DNA of 64,000 nucleotides from Monocercomonoides exilis PA203 (GCA_001643675.2 LSRY02000026.1:992001-1056000), one strand, 5' to 3'; positions 13,090-24,596 are shown, numbered from the stretch's first letter. Program-made: numbers and translations. The notes: a model not told the origin generated them from the sequence alone.

Positions 13090-16000
13090 TTGATTTACCT
13101 GAAATTCTGTTCATCACTCTCGCTGAGTTAAAAATCTTCCCCGCTTCCTTCACAATCTCTGCTTTTCTGTCTTTTCTCTTTAAAAATCCAGGTTATCTTG
13201 CATAAAAAAATGCCAAATAATCCAGAATATAGCTGTATTCACTCACTGTTCTCGCAAATCTTGCTTCTCTTGGTGAACCTGACTTTCTCTCTTCTTCAAA
13301 CTCTTTTTCCTGTGATATGAATTGTGTCTTCTTTTCATCCGCAATCCTCTTTGACCGTATGATATTCTTCTTTGCCGACGTATCTGCCCCATTCGACACA
13401 AACAGCTAAGAATCCAACGCAGACCGATTTATCCTGAGATGTATCCATTTCCCCCTCTTCCTCTGTTGCTTCTGTCGCATTCTTCAGTAACTGGTCTGTG
13501 TATTGTAACTCAAATACAACCATACAAAGCTTTCCAAACTCTCTTCTATTATATCCTTCCAAAATGTGCGGAAAACAGTGCAGGTTAGAGAACTTTGCAA
13601 GGGGGTCCACACATAAAACAAGCTAGTCATTCGTCGCATGCTTCTCATCGACAGTGAGTCTGTCGTCGTAAACAATCGAGTTCCCGTTCAGCGCATGAAA
13701 CAGGTTCGTGTGCACATCCAAATCCGCACACGAAATATGCAATGAGCGCTCAATATTCACAGACGGAATCTTCTTCGGCTGCTCCTGCTCTTGCTGCTTT
13801 CTTTTGAACAAGTCCATCACATGTTGAGAACCAGACGGAAGCAGCTGCGTTGACACGTGCTGAGAGCCATTGTGGCAAGCGCTCCAAGTATTCCACACAT
13901 GTTGTGAGTATCGGAAGATGTTTATCTTATTCTCTTCTGAATCTGCTCCGTTTCTCCCATCAAACTTCCTCTGTATAACGAACGCTGCTGACGCGCCTTC
14001 CTCTTCTTCCCATCCCAACTCTCGCATCCCTTGTTCCTCTTTCTTCTTCTTCTTCTTCAGCAGCGATCATAATTAGCAGATATTGTTAATTTCGTCTTTT
14101 TCGTTCTCGAAAATTGAACCAAATTCAACTGAATATGTTTTGTGACTGGAACAGAGAAAGATCCATCTGTTTCATCTATATTTGCTGCTTCTGTTGTTGT
14201 GTAACTTCTATTGCTCTCAAACTTGTTCCCGTTTCGCCCATGATGCCCTATGAAGATGACAATCCAATAGATGCCAAGCCATATACTCATCCTCCTCCTC
14301 CGTCTCTTCTTTTCTTTTTCTTCCTTCTATAATTCATTGACTCTATCGATTACTCGTATATTTATTTCCTCTTTTCTCCAGAGCAAAGAAATTATTCAGC
14401 CTTCTTCAAGATATGCTCCCCTCGCCTTGCTGCTCATTCTAATTTGTGATGAAGCACTTCCTCAACTCTTTATCCTTCGCATCTTCCACTTCTCCGTTTG
14501 TTCCAATCCCATCTTGCGACATACCAGCCTCTGCCCGCGCGTCTCCTTCGTCTGCTCTCTGTCTTCTTGAGCCACCATCTTCTTTACGAGCTTCTTCATC
14601 CACGACTTCTTCTCTGACTTCGGAACCTGAAACTTCAAACTGTAGGTGACATTTTACTCAAAATCAGCTGTGATTCGGAATAGACCTAGCTTTCTGTATT
14701 TATACACGTCACATTCCGTTCTTCCACAATCTTCACCACAGCATCTGTCAGATAGTCTTTCATGCAACGCAGTGTGTCTTCCTCGTAGAATGAGTAAACT
14801 GGCTTCAAAACGATTGTAAACTCATTTGCCACCGTAAACTTCACGCCGTTTGAACACCTCCTCCGTTCTGAATTGCACCTCTTGTCCAAAGAGCCGACAA
14901 CATCTGCGAGTTAATAGGAGGAGAAGGCACTTCTGAAGCTGCTGCTGATGATGATGGTGATGAAACTCAGAAAAAAGATAGAAATCCAACAGAAAACATT
15001 AGAAACGATGGAGAAGACAAAGCCTAATGATCTTCCTCATATCGAAGTCCAAGCTCCGAGTCGAGTGCCCAGCTGAGCGGAATCCCTTTGTACCATCAGC
15101 TCCTTTATCTTCTGCCGAAAAACTTATAACAAGACTGTCACTCTTTGAATACAGAGATGTCATTTCTTTTTAACTTCTCGCTGTTGCGTGCAATAACCTC
15201 CTTCCCACTGCCTTCCCGCAGAAATGATCTCCAAACTCTACTAGTCTCCATCTCTTTCATTCTTTGCTCTTCCTTCTCTGATATCTTCTCATCTTCTTTT
15301 GGAAAATCCAAAGATCTCCTTTCCACGTTCTTCATTTCATCTTCTTTTTCTGCAGATTTCTTTCCTTGCCTCTTCTCTCCTCTGCCTCGCAAGCATCGTC
15401 TCGCTCATCTCCATCGCCCTCCTCTTCGTGTTCTTCTCTCCCATCTTTCGGTTCAGCTCCCGCCTTATCTCCCGCATCTTCAACACACCTTCACAAGGCT
15501 CACACTTCTCTTCCTCCCGCAGCATCACTGACACCTTGTACTCTTCCCCCACAATCATCTTCTTCTGCACCGTCGTCACGCGCGAAAGCTCCGATTCCTT
15601 AAAGAACTTCCCCCGCAGCTTCAACAGTAGCAGCGTCGGCGACACCCCTTCTGCTGCCCCAGCTGTCCGTATCAGCAGCAGTTCCTGCTCCCCCGACGCT
15701 GCCCGCTCTGCCTCCCACCGCTCAAACTGCCCAACCGACTCCTGCATTTTGTTCTTCGACTGTCAACTCTCGGCACGCCATGTTACAGCCCATCACCAAC
15801 CAAATGGACGCACACCAACGCCGCACCATCTGTTTTCTGTTCGCAATTCTAAGACTGGCATATTCAACAGACGCGTCTGCTTCGTCAAAATAAGCCATGT
15901 GAGAACGTTATCCTTATCTGAATCAGAAGAAAAATAAAATAAAATCATGAAATAGTCTTGAAATTATAATTATAAAGTTCAAAATTAGTTTAAAAAAATG

Positions 16001-16435
16001 AAGATTGAATTAAATAGATTTACCAAAATAACCTTTCTAATTTTCTATTCTGTACCTTTCTATTCTCATTCCTTTATCTCTCCTCCTTCTTTAGTTCTCG
16101 TTCGTTTCCTTTCTTTGCAGTTCTGCTTCTGTAACAAATATCTCCCTTTCACTTCATAAGACATGAACATTCTTTTGATTTTCTTGCTCTTCCGCTGCTG
16201 TCTCCAGCCGACAAACAATTGAATTCCCCGTCTCATTGAATTAGCTACCATGCGCCGTGAAAGCACTTTCACATTAAAAATATGCCACTGCTTCAATAAT
16301 TGATGCAACATGAAAAGAAGATGAATGAATGAATGATATTTCATTCTTCTTGTTGGAGCACGAGCAGCAAAGTGAACTCAATCAGCTCCAGAAAATATGA
16401 ATGATTGAAAGTGGCATCTGAAGAATTCTCCATTT
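13090..16435 (-). pseudogene. CFAP61-like (cilia/flagella-associated protein 61) pseudogene, left palindrome arm
   Basis: DLDVHTNLFHALNGNSIVYDDRLTVDEKHATND*LVLCVDPLAKFS...YNRREFGKL resembles the CFAP61 C-terminal 'AINDACLVYDGRLVID..FHTND...AGPLTKFS...NSKEVG' region (from memory). Many stops and internal deletions. Confidence 0.5.
13807..14207 (-). repeat. Outer inverted repeat patch, left copy (partner 28777-29177)
   Basis: About 400 bp, near-identical in inverted orientation (about 2 mismatches seen). Near-identical ORF translations appear at both sites. Confidence 0.9.
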
Positions 16436-17107
16436 TTTAAAAACCATTTCTCATAAAAGCCGCAACGCAAGATAAATACAGGCCAACAGTATAAGAATCA
16501 GATATTATTGACAAACAAATATAAAATAAAAAGATTTTGAATATATTTTGACATATTTTTTTAAAAAAGTGGTAAATAAAAAATATATTTGAGAAATAAT
16601 AGCATTACAACAAACATTAAAAAACAGAAAGTTAAAGCAAACCTGTAAAAAGTTGGAAAAGCAAGTGATTTTAAAGAAATGAAAGAAACAAAACTCCAGC
16701 TTTAATCAGAACCATATCTTTTTGAAATTTTGAGTATTTATTGAAAAAAAAAAAACAAATATCAGAAAAATTTTAATTGTTTGTCTAATTGTTATATACG
16801 TGATAAGAGTTAGTAAAATGTTTTTTTTGATTTTTAAAACGTTGTATTTGAAGAGCATCAGCTCTTTTTCTTTGTCCAAACAATGGCGATCACAAAATGA
16901 CAGAATCTTCAGGGGTCTTTTTTTTGCATAAAATGATTGTTTTCACCATTTTAACTTCATCTATAGCCAAAAAACTGCATTCTTCTACCTGCAATTTTCG
17001 CCCTTTAACGCTTATTTTTTTGATCTTTTTGACCCCTTGGAAATTCGGATCATGGGTCAGATCCTTTTTTTCATTCAAACTTTTGAAAATTTTTTTGAAA
17101 AGATTTT
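15374..17107 (-). repeat. Inner long inverted repeat, left arm (partner 24597-26331)
   Basis: About 1.73 kb, essentially identical in inverted orientation. Identical ORF translations at 16066..16344 and 25361..25639, and at 15337..15747 and 25958..26362 until their ends. Confidence 0.95.
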
Positions 17108-17812
17108 GCAATTATGTGGTTCTAATTTAACAACTATTGATGGTTTTGTTGTAACTTTTTCATTAAATGTTTTCAAACATCAATTTTCCATTGTTTTGAG
17201 ATTTCATAGAAAATCAGTGAAATGAAAGAAAATACGTTAAAAAATAACAATTGTTCAACAATCGAAATAACATAAAAAACAAAAAGTACTTCATGATGTT
17301 AATCATTAAAAAAATAGAAAACGATCAGAATATTTCTAATCAGATTCAATTACATTCAAAAAAACATAATTCTATCACATAATCATAAAAACAATCACCA
17401 AATATCAACTAAATATCAACAATTTTGAACAATGAAAAATATAAGAAGAAATAGCACTATTTCAACAAATTCGTGGTATCAAAGACAATTCCAAACAAAA
17501 AAGAAAACTCATACAAAAAGTTCAAAAACTAACTTGTCTATTTTCCCTCTGTTTTCCATCCACTTCACACTTTCTGATATTTCTCTAACTTTGACTCAAA
17601 AAGATCAAATTCAACAAAGAAAAAAGACAGACACAATGATGAAACATCACTTCACACTCTCAACAACTCTCGCTTCCAAAAACCTCACTCAAAGATCAAT
17701 GAATTCCCTCACAACTCTCTCTATTAATGAATCTCGATATATACAGATTTAATAGGGACAATAACCAATTCAATAATAGGGACATTATAGGGACAAAAAG
17801 CACAAGAAAACA

Positions 17813-17958
17813 ATCGGATTCTAACTATTGTGCACCTGGGAGGCTGTTCGTCGTATCCAGGTCCGGATAAAGCAGCCCGAAGGCTGCAATATCTTATACG
17901 AACAGTCATGTCCAGCACCCTTCCGATAGAGTGCTAGCTAAGCATACACAACAACTAG
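17813..17958 (-). ncRNA. Unassigned structured RNA element immediately 3' of the transposase stop codon
   Basis: 15-bp closing stem (17958-17944/17835-17821) with 5 G-U pairs; 10-bp hairpin (17937-17912) with 2 G-U pairs; GCAGCC-UUCG-GGCUGC hairpin (17887-17872) extended by GAUA/UAUC; 8-bp helix CUGUUCGU/ACGAACAG; crossing helix ACCUGG/CCAGGU. All 7 non-Watson-Crick positions in the first two stems are G-U on the minus strand and A-C on the plus strand. Confidence 0.7.
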
Positions 17959-17962
17959 TTTC

Positions 17963-20900
17963 TTAATAGGGGACACCATTAATACAATTTTGAGATTCAT
18001 TAATAGAAGAAGAGTCAAGAAGAAGCTCAAATCTCCTTGAAAGAAGATCTTGAGAAGATTGAGAAAGAAGAGAAGAGTTAGATGATGTGATATCAGAGTG
18101 AAATGACTTTCTTGATCTTTGGACTTTTTCTTTCATTGTCGAAGATTCGAGGGCAACCAGAGAGCGTTGAGGAAGATATCCAACAGCTGAAGCACAGACA
18201 AATGAGCCCTTGCGCTCAAAATACAAGTAGTCCTTCATGTGAGGGACTGACAGTGATGGCCATGAAATTTGCTGAGATGGTTCATATTCTTCAAAGTACC
18301 TCTCATGCACAGAGTCATTGACAGATGTTGAAGATGGTGAAGAGTTTGATGATGTTGTTGAGAAAATGTTTGATTGAGAAGTTGAAGAAGCTGATGTCGA
18401 AGAATTCATATTGTTTTCGAAAAAGTCGATCAAATCATGAAGTGTAGTGATGTGTTCAGTTGATATGTTGTTGTTGATTGTGTTCACAAGTGCACCAAAT
18501 TCACCATCGCAAATATTCTTTCCATGGTGCTCAGCGAAGAAATTGAGTTGAGTATTTTTCTTTTTGAGAAGTTTTGATTGTTTTGAGAGGATGAAGTGAA
18601 GAAGGAAGCGATTTCTGTTGTGTGGACCAGAATCGCAGAAGAACTTAAAAGTGTGAGTGTCTGTGAAGAAGTGTCTTTTGATCACAGATTCCAGACACTC
18701 AATAACAAATCTGTGATCATTTGAGAGGCAGTCGGAGAAGAAGTCGAATGTTCGTTTTATTTGTTGATTATTAATTTTTTGAAGAGAGATGATTGTGAAT
18801 TGAGAAACTTGTTGATAATTGAAGAATTCCTGTTGAAGTTGGTTCTTTCTGATGGGGAGTTTCCATTTTTCTTTAAAGTCGAAGACGAAGACTGCTTCTC
18901 CCTCTTTCAGATTATCAACTGTTGATTGATAATGTTTTCGTTGCATTTCTGCAACAAGACGATGTTGACGAAGAAGTTTGAGAGTCTGAAATTCTGCAGG
19001 AGATAGTCCATTTTTGTTTTGTGAAGATTTGAGTTTGTTCTCCAAATAGCTCAACTTCTCACACATTCCACAAAGGTCAGTTCGTCTTTTTGCTTTCGAG
19101 AAGTTGGTGGTGAGTTTGTAGAAATGGGAAAGAGAAACTTTGATATTCGTTTCTTCTGAAAACTCTTTCCATAATTTTGTTTTGAACTTTGAAGATTAAT
19201 CTTTTCTCGTTGGGAGAAAAGATGCCCGTTTTCTTTCTTTTTTCTTTCAGTGCTTCCAATCCATATGAAGATGTGATTGAAGAAGTTAATTGAGGAATGG
19301 AAGTTGTTCGATGAGGAGGTGTGATGAATGTCGATGATGATGATGATGATGATGATGATGAGTTATTTGAAGTGTTGTTATTAGATGTTTCTGAAGAAGA
19401 AGAGGAACCACCAAATTGAATTGTTGAAAATGTTGGCTTTGTTTTTTCTTTTGTGTAGAAAGAAAGAGAAGGAGTGTAACCCTGAGCGTAAATATCTTTC
19501 CATGATGAATTCCAATTATCTTTATCAAATTCAGAAACACTTTCATCATTGCAAATATTCCACAATACATCACTTCTTGTTTTCCTTTTCACAACTGCGA
19601 TGTAATGTCCATTTCTTTGATCCAAACGCTTAAATAGTATTTGTCCTGAAAGATGATATATGATGATTTCCTTATTGCTCTCTTGAAGATGTTGAATGTT
19701 TTCTTCTGAATACCCTTTGCAGAAAGTGCGCTGATTAACACGATCTGTTTCTATTAGTAATGTTCTTGAAGGAGCAGAACTAGCAGCATCAGTGCTTTCA
19801 TGACAGAGGGCTAGCACCTCTGGAAATGCAGCCATTTCCTCCCATCTCGCAGCACAGCATTTTTCGTTGCATTCATCACAATAGACACTATTCTTTCCTT
19901 CCAAAACTTCAGTTGCAAAGAGAGAAGATAGTCCATTATGAGTCGAGGAAGAATTGATAACGACATTGTTACAAATTTCATTGAAGTTTGATGTGATTTG
20001 TTGGCATTTTTGGCATTTGAGATGAGTGATGATAACTGGATTGAAGGTATCCATTTCAAATATCTTATTATCTTGAAGAAGTTGATGAAGATTTTCAAAC
20101 GCCTCAGTAACATTCTGTTGCTGTCTGCTGCTGTATCCGCAAAATGTTTCCCATTTGTTGATCAGTGATGGGACCCACGAACGCACTGACGTTCCATCTT
20201 TAGCCAATTGATGACAAACACTTTCAACACGCGAAGATGTGTTCTTCAAAGATGTTTGTTTTTTGAATAAAGATGGTTTTTGAATAGTTATTGAAGAGAA
20301 ACATTGAAGAAGAGAAGCCAAATAGCATGTGTTGCCTAAGTTTGGCAATCCTTTTGCTATTTGTGATGATTTATTTGAAGAATTTAATGAATTTGAGAAA
20401 GATTGAGAATGAGAATGATTTTTTGTTGAATTTTCTTTAGCATTCATTTTTGAAATATTTTTTGAAGAATTGTTTTGAATAGATATTTCATTATTTGAAG
20501 GTTGAATGCTTTGTTGTTGAACTGTTGAAGTGTCATTCTCTTTAGAAAATGAAGAAAAGAGAGTTTGAAATGCTTGAGGTGAAATTAACGTGGGTGAAGT
20601 GGCATAATCAACTAATTGCTCATCCACAAACACATTATCATTTTGAAATGATGAAGAATTTATTTTTTCTTTCAATTTTTTTGTAATTGAAATTTGTGAA
20701 GAAGAAGTTTTTGATTTGAATATTTTGTGAATTGGTATTGGAGATGGAGAAGAGTGACGTTTGTGATTTGAATTTTTATTTTGGTTTTTTGTTGGACCCC
20801 TTTCTCTCCTAATTGGAGTATTGATTGGGGCATCAACAGCTTGAGAAGAAGAAGAATTTGAAGAAGGAGAATTTTTTTCTGAAATGGTTTTTGAATTTGT

Positions 20901-21666
20901 ATTGAGTTGAGATGATGTTGAAGAAGAAGAAGACTGTTTTTTATTTGAAGAAGAGTTTTCTGTAACAATTTCATTTTCCCAGGCATCTTCGTCAATAAAT
21001 CTGGCGTAATCTGGCTCAGCTCGCTGCTTTTTCTTTGCTGACTGAAGCGAAGTTGAGGCTTCAGTGGAATGGACCAACATCCAGTTGTTGCCCTTTTCCC
21101 ATTCCTGTTCATTTAAGCCTAAATTTACAAAGAAAATTATTCAAAAAAATAAATATACAAATACAAACCACTTTTGCAAGACGGAAGGTGAGGTTTTTGT
21201 GGAGGAATGATAAATCCTTGGTTCTTTTTGAGCGTTTGCTTCGCGTTAATAAATTTCCCCTCTGTGACATCATATCCATAGTCCTGTAAATCGGATAATG
21301 ATTAGTTACGTGACAGCGCTTGTAGCATTGTTGTCTGAGTGTGCAACGGAGCGTTGTTGTACACCACAGACAGGTCTTCCAGCAACTTTTTGTGATATTC
21401 TGTTTAAAAAAAAATAAATAATTGACAAATCAAAAAGAAAAAAATAACAGAGAGTAAAAATAATATTTTTAACACAATACAAAAAAATAAAAAACCAAAC
21501 CATTCAAAGACTTCAGTAAATCATTAATTACTGAAGATGATTGCCTGTAAGTGTAAAACAAATAGGCAAGCAACGAATCCACGTCATCTCCACCGATGCG
21601 CTTAATTTCTTTCCATAGAACATTACATCGAGAATTTAATGTCGATTCTCGTTTTGAAAACGACAT
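17963..21666 (-). CDS. Sola-like DDD transposase with an internally inserted USP (peptidase C19) domain; 3 exons, about 1180 aa, one in-frame stop and one frameshift in this copy
   Basis: Exons 21666-21501, 21399-21169 and 21118-17963, with phase-consistent GT-AG introns. USP Cys box GLPNLGNTCYLASLLQC, QQQNVTEAF, CQKC/CDEC, His box GHYIAVVK..WNICNDESV. After a frameshift at about 19171-19200: KTKLWKEFSEETNIKVSLSHFYKL..KRRTDLCGMC, then FDFKE / FCDSGPH / EHHGKNICDGEFG (three Asp). In-frame TAA at 21302-21304. Confidence 0.8.
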
Positions 21667-21975
21667 TTTTCTCAAATAAATGTTTTCTTATGGTAAAATA
21701 CAATTATTCTAAAAAAAATTTTTTTTAATTTAAAAAAATATGTATTGTTATTTTTTCATTATTTGACTATTTCCAAAATTGTTAAAAAATATTTTTAATG
21801 TGATTTGAATTGGAGAAAAAATTTTTAAAAATTTCATATCAAAAAAAAATTTGAAAAATTTAAGAATTCTTAAATTGAAGGTTTATTGAATATTCGTCGC
21901 ATAAATGAATATGTCTTTTGACAAATTATATTTTCAAATAAAAATATTAAAAAATAACATTAAATATCATTCTTC

Positions 21976-22173
21976 AATGAAAAAAAGATCTGACCCATGA
22001 TCCGAATTTCCAAGGGGTCAAAAAGATCAAAAAAATAAGCGTTAAAGGGCGAAAATTGCAGGTAGAAGAATGCAGTTTTTTGGCTATAGATGAAGTTAAA
22101 ATGGTGAAAACAATCATTTTATGCAAAAAAAAAGACCCCTGAAGATTCTGTCATTTTGTGATCGCCATTGTTT
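21976..22173 (+). repeat. Internal third copy of the ~200 bp end repeat (other copies 16878-17075 inverted, 24629-24826 direct)
   Basis: AATGAAAAAAA(G)GATCTGACCCATGATCCGAATTTCCAAGGGGTC...GACCCCTGAAGATTCTGTCATTTTGTGATCGCCATTGTTT is near-identical at three sites. Confidence 0.95.
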
Positions 22174-22349
22174 TCTTTAAAATGTTTTTTATTTTTTATT
22201 TTCTTTTTTTCTTAACATATATTTCGATTTTTATTAAAATTTAAAAATTTTGTGAGTTTTTAACAAAGTCTATTTTATAATATTAATAAATATTTTAATA
22301 AAAAAATTTCAGTCATAAGCTGATTTAACCCATAAAACTGATTCCTTCG

Positions 22350-24217
22350 ATGTCTTCTCAGAAGTTGTCTTCCTCTGGATCTTCTCGGATTCATTCAAGC
22401 TTGCGGAAAAGCAGTATAATGAATGATGTTGATTCACTGTCAAACTTTTTTGGACAAATGTCAATTGATCATGCGAATAAAGTGCTCTTTGTATTTTTTT
22501 GCAAATCTTCCAACGGAAATATTTTTCTGAATAATCTAATGAAAAGTTTTGGATGTTTGTTTCTTGTTTTGTTTTTTGTTTCTTTGTTTTTGTTTTATTT
22601 TTCTTTGAATTTCTTTTTATTATCTTTCTTTTATCTTTTAATATTCATTTTTAATAAAAGCACCATTGCACAAAATCGTCCAGAAGATGAAGCTCCCTTT
22701 CAATGAATCGAACCCGCATGTCCAAGTTAAAATGCTGCTGTGCCTGACTGAATGGTTTTCCCAACATGAACTTGAGCAGGATTTTTCTTACAGAATCAAA
22801 TGCATTGGAGATAATTTGAAGGAGGATGACAAAGAAAAATCAACAAATTTAACATTACGGAAGCCGTCTTCATCTTCATGTTGCAGTGTCATTTCTTCAG
22901 ACGAAGATGAGGCTGCTGATCAAATGTCTGAAGAAGAAGAAAGTGATGAGGAAGAGACAGAGAGTGAGGAAGATTTTCTGAAAAGAAAAGAAAAGAAATG
23001 CAATGATATTAAAGGAGGAAAGATGGAAATAGAACTCGAGGTTTGGTTTTTTTTTATATTTTTTATTTGCCTGATTCATTAAAACAGGCAAATCAATAAT
23101 TGTTTGATTTATTTTTTTGTATGATGTTTAGAAGCAACAGACTTCAATGGAATTATTAGGAAATCCTTATTCAATTCTTCCAACAGTTCCACAGATGAGC
23201 AGTTTCTTTCAATTTCCTCCTTCTTTGCTATTCCCGACTAACCCTTTTTCGAAAGAATCACGTTCATATGTTCAGGTGTTGTGCGAAAGTGGAAGGGAAC
23301 TAATCAATTTTGGAGCTTCATGTGCTTTGGCATCTGTTTGTCAGTGTTTAGCTTCATTTGGTGTGACTTGTGATGTTAAAAAGAAACGTGTAGGAGCATT
23401 TATTTTTGGAAGGCTATTCAACGCAATCCGTTCACACAGCATCACTAAAAGTATCTGGGGAACAAAATCATTCAAATCATTCATCGAAAAAAATGGTGGG
23501 AGCATTACTGATCCAATGGGAATAACAACAGCGTTCAATTCTGTTTTGAACAGCGCAGCAACTGATGGATGCAATATCAAAAAAGATTTCATTGTGAAGC
23601 AGTCTTCATTCAAACTCTGTGAGAGGTGTTGCCATGTTCGCGTCAACAACCAGTGCCCTTCGTTTTATGTTGTTATTCATCATCCATCTGTTGTTGAAGG
23701 GTTGAATCAATCGTTGAGAGTGATGGAGCAGATTACTGATCAAGAACTATGTGTTGACTCATACTGTGGGATGAATACTATGTTTTTTCAGTGGACTCAA
23801 ATAGATAGATTTCCGAAGATCCTGACCGTTTATCACAGCTTACAAGATAACATTCCAGTTGTGCCTCCACCAAAAACAATAACATTCTGTGGAAATGGTT
23901 CTGGGCCAAAAGCAATGACTGTCACGTCTGAAAAAACAATTCAACAGAAAGGAGAGTTGCTTCAGTTTCCTCGAACTGAGTATAACTTTATTGGATACAT
24001 CCTTCGCTCTGCAAAACCTTCACCAATTGGACATTTTATTGCTGTTGTTGTTGAGGGTAAAGACGAATCGACTGGAGAACTTCAGCTGTTGGAGTGCAAC
24101 GATGGTGTCATATCTCGTGTGAATCCAAAGTTCAATAACGCTTATTGGAAAGCAATGGCAAATGAAGGATGGAGTGGAACTATGTGCTTTTATAAAATCA
24201 CTCAATCGAAAGATTAA
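22350..24217 (+). CDS. Intact 3-exon gene (556 aa): transposase-like N-terminal domain + acidic linker + divergent USP (C19-like) domain, no DDD core
   Basis: Exons 22350-22554, 22661-23040 and 23132-24217 splice in frame (GTTTGT..AG, GTTTGG..AG). USP-like motifs ELINFGASCALASVCQC, CERC, CVDSYC, FPKILTVYH, GHFIAVV, ECNDGVISRV. The N-terminus aligns with exons 1-2 of the transposase gene. Confidence 0.8.
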
Positions 24218-24596
24218 GTTGTCATTTTGTTTATTTTTCTTTTCTTTCTTTTTTTTGTCAGATATTTTTTGAAAAAAATTTTTTTCTCTTCTCTCTCTTT
24301 TTTTTTTCACTTAGTTTTTAAACATTTTTTATTTTTGATTCTTTTTGCAATTCGTTGAATACAAGATAACAATATTCTAATTTTCAATCAACATTTTTTT
24401 CACGTAACATGACTTTTGAAACCATATGACTATTGAAATTGCAAAGAAAAAAATCATTTCTAATTTTATAATAAAATATCCAAATATAAGAAAAAAAAGA
24501 ATCAATAATAATGAAGCAAAAAATTGATTAGCAAAGTTCAAATGTCTGTTTCAAAAATATTTAGTTTGTGATAATAACATATGTTAATAAACATGT

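Noticed and set aside
16890-17130. Small ORFs in the end repeats (also 24538..24814)
   Set aside because: Chance ORFs in AT-rich repeat DNA, duplicated only because the repeat is duplicated.
17857-17884. Plus-strand CAGGTCCGGATAAAGCAGCC resembles SRP RNA helix 8 (CAGGUCCGGAAGGAAGCAGCC)
   Set aside because: The UCC-GNRA-GGA hairpin cannot form, and the G-U asymmetry and UUCG loop point to the minus strand.
17834-17905. HDV-like ribozyme topology
   Set aside because: Two crossing helices and a P4-like hairpin are present, but there is no room for P3/L3 and no recognisable catalytic J4/2 cytosine motif. Hammerhead CUGANGA is also absent.
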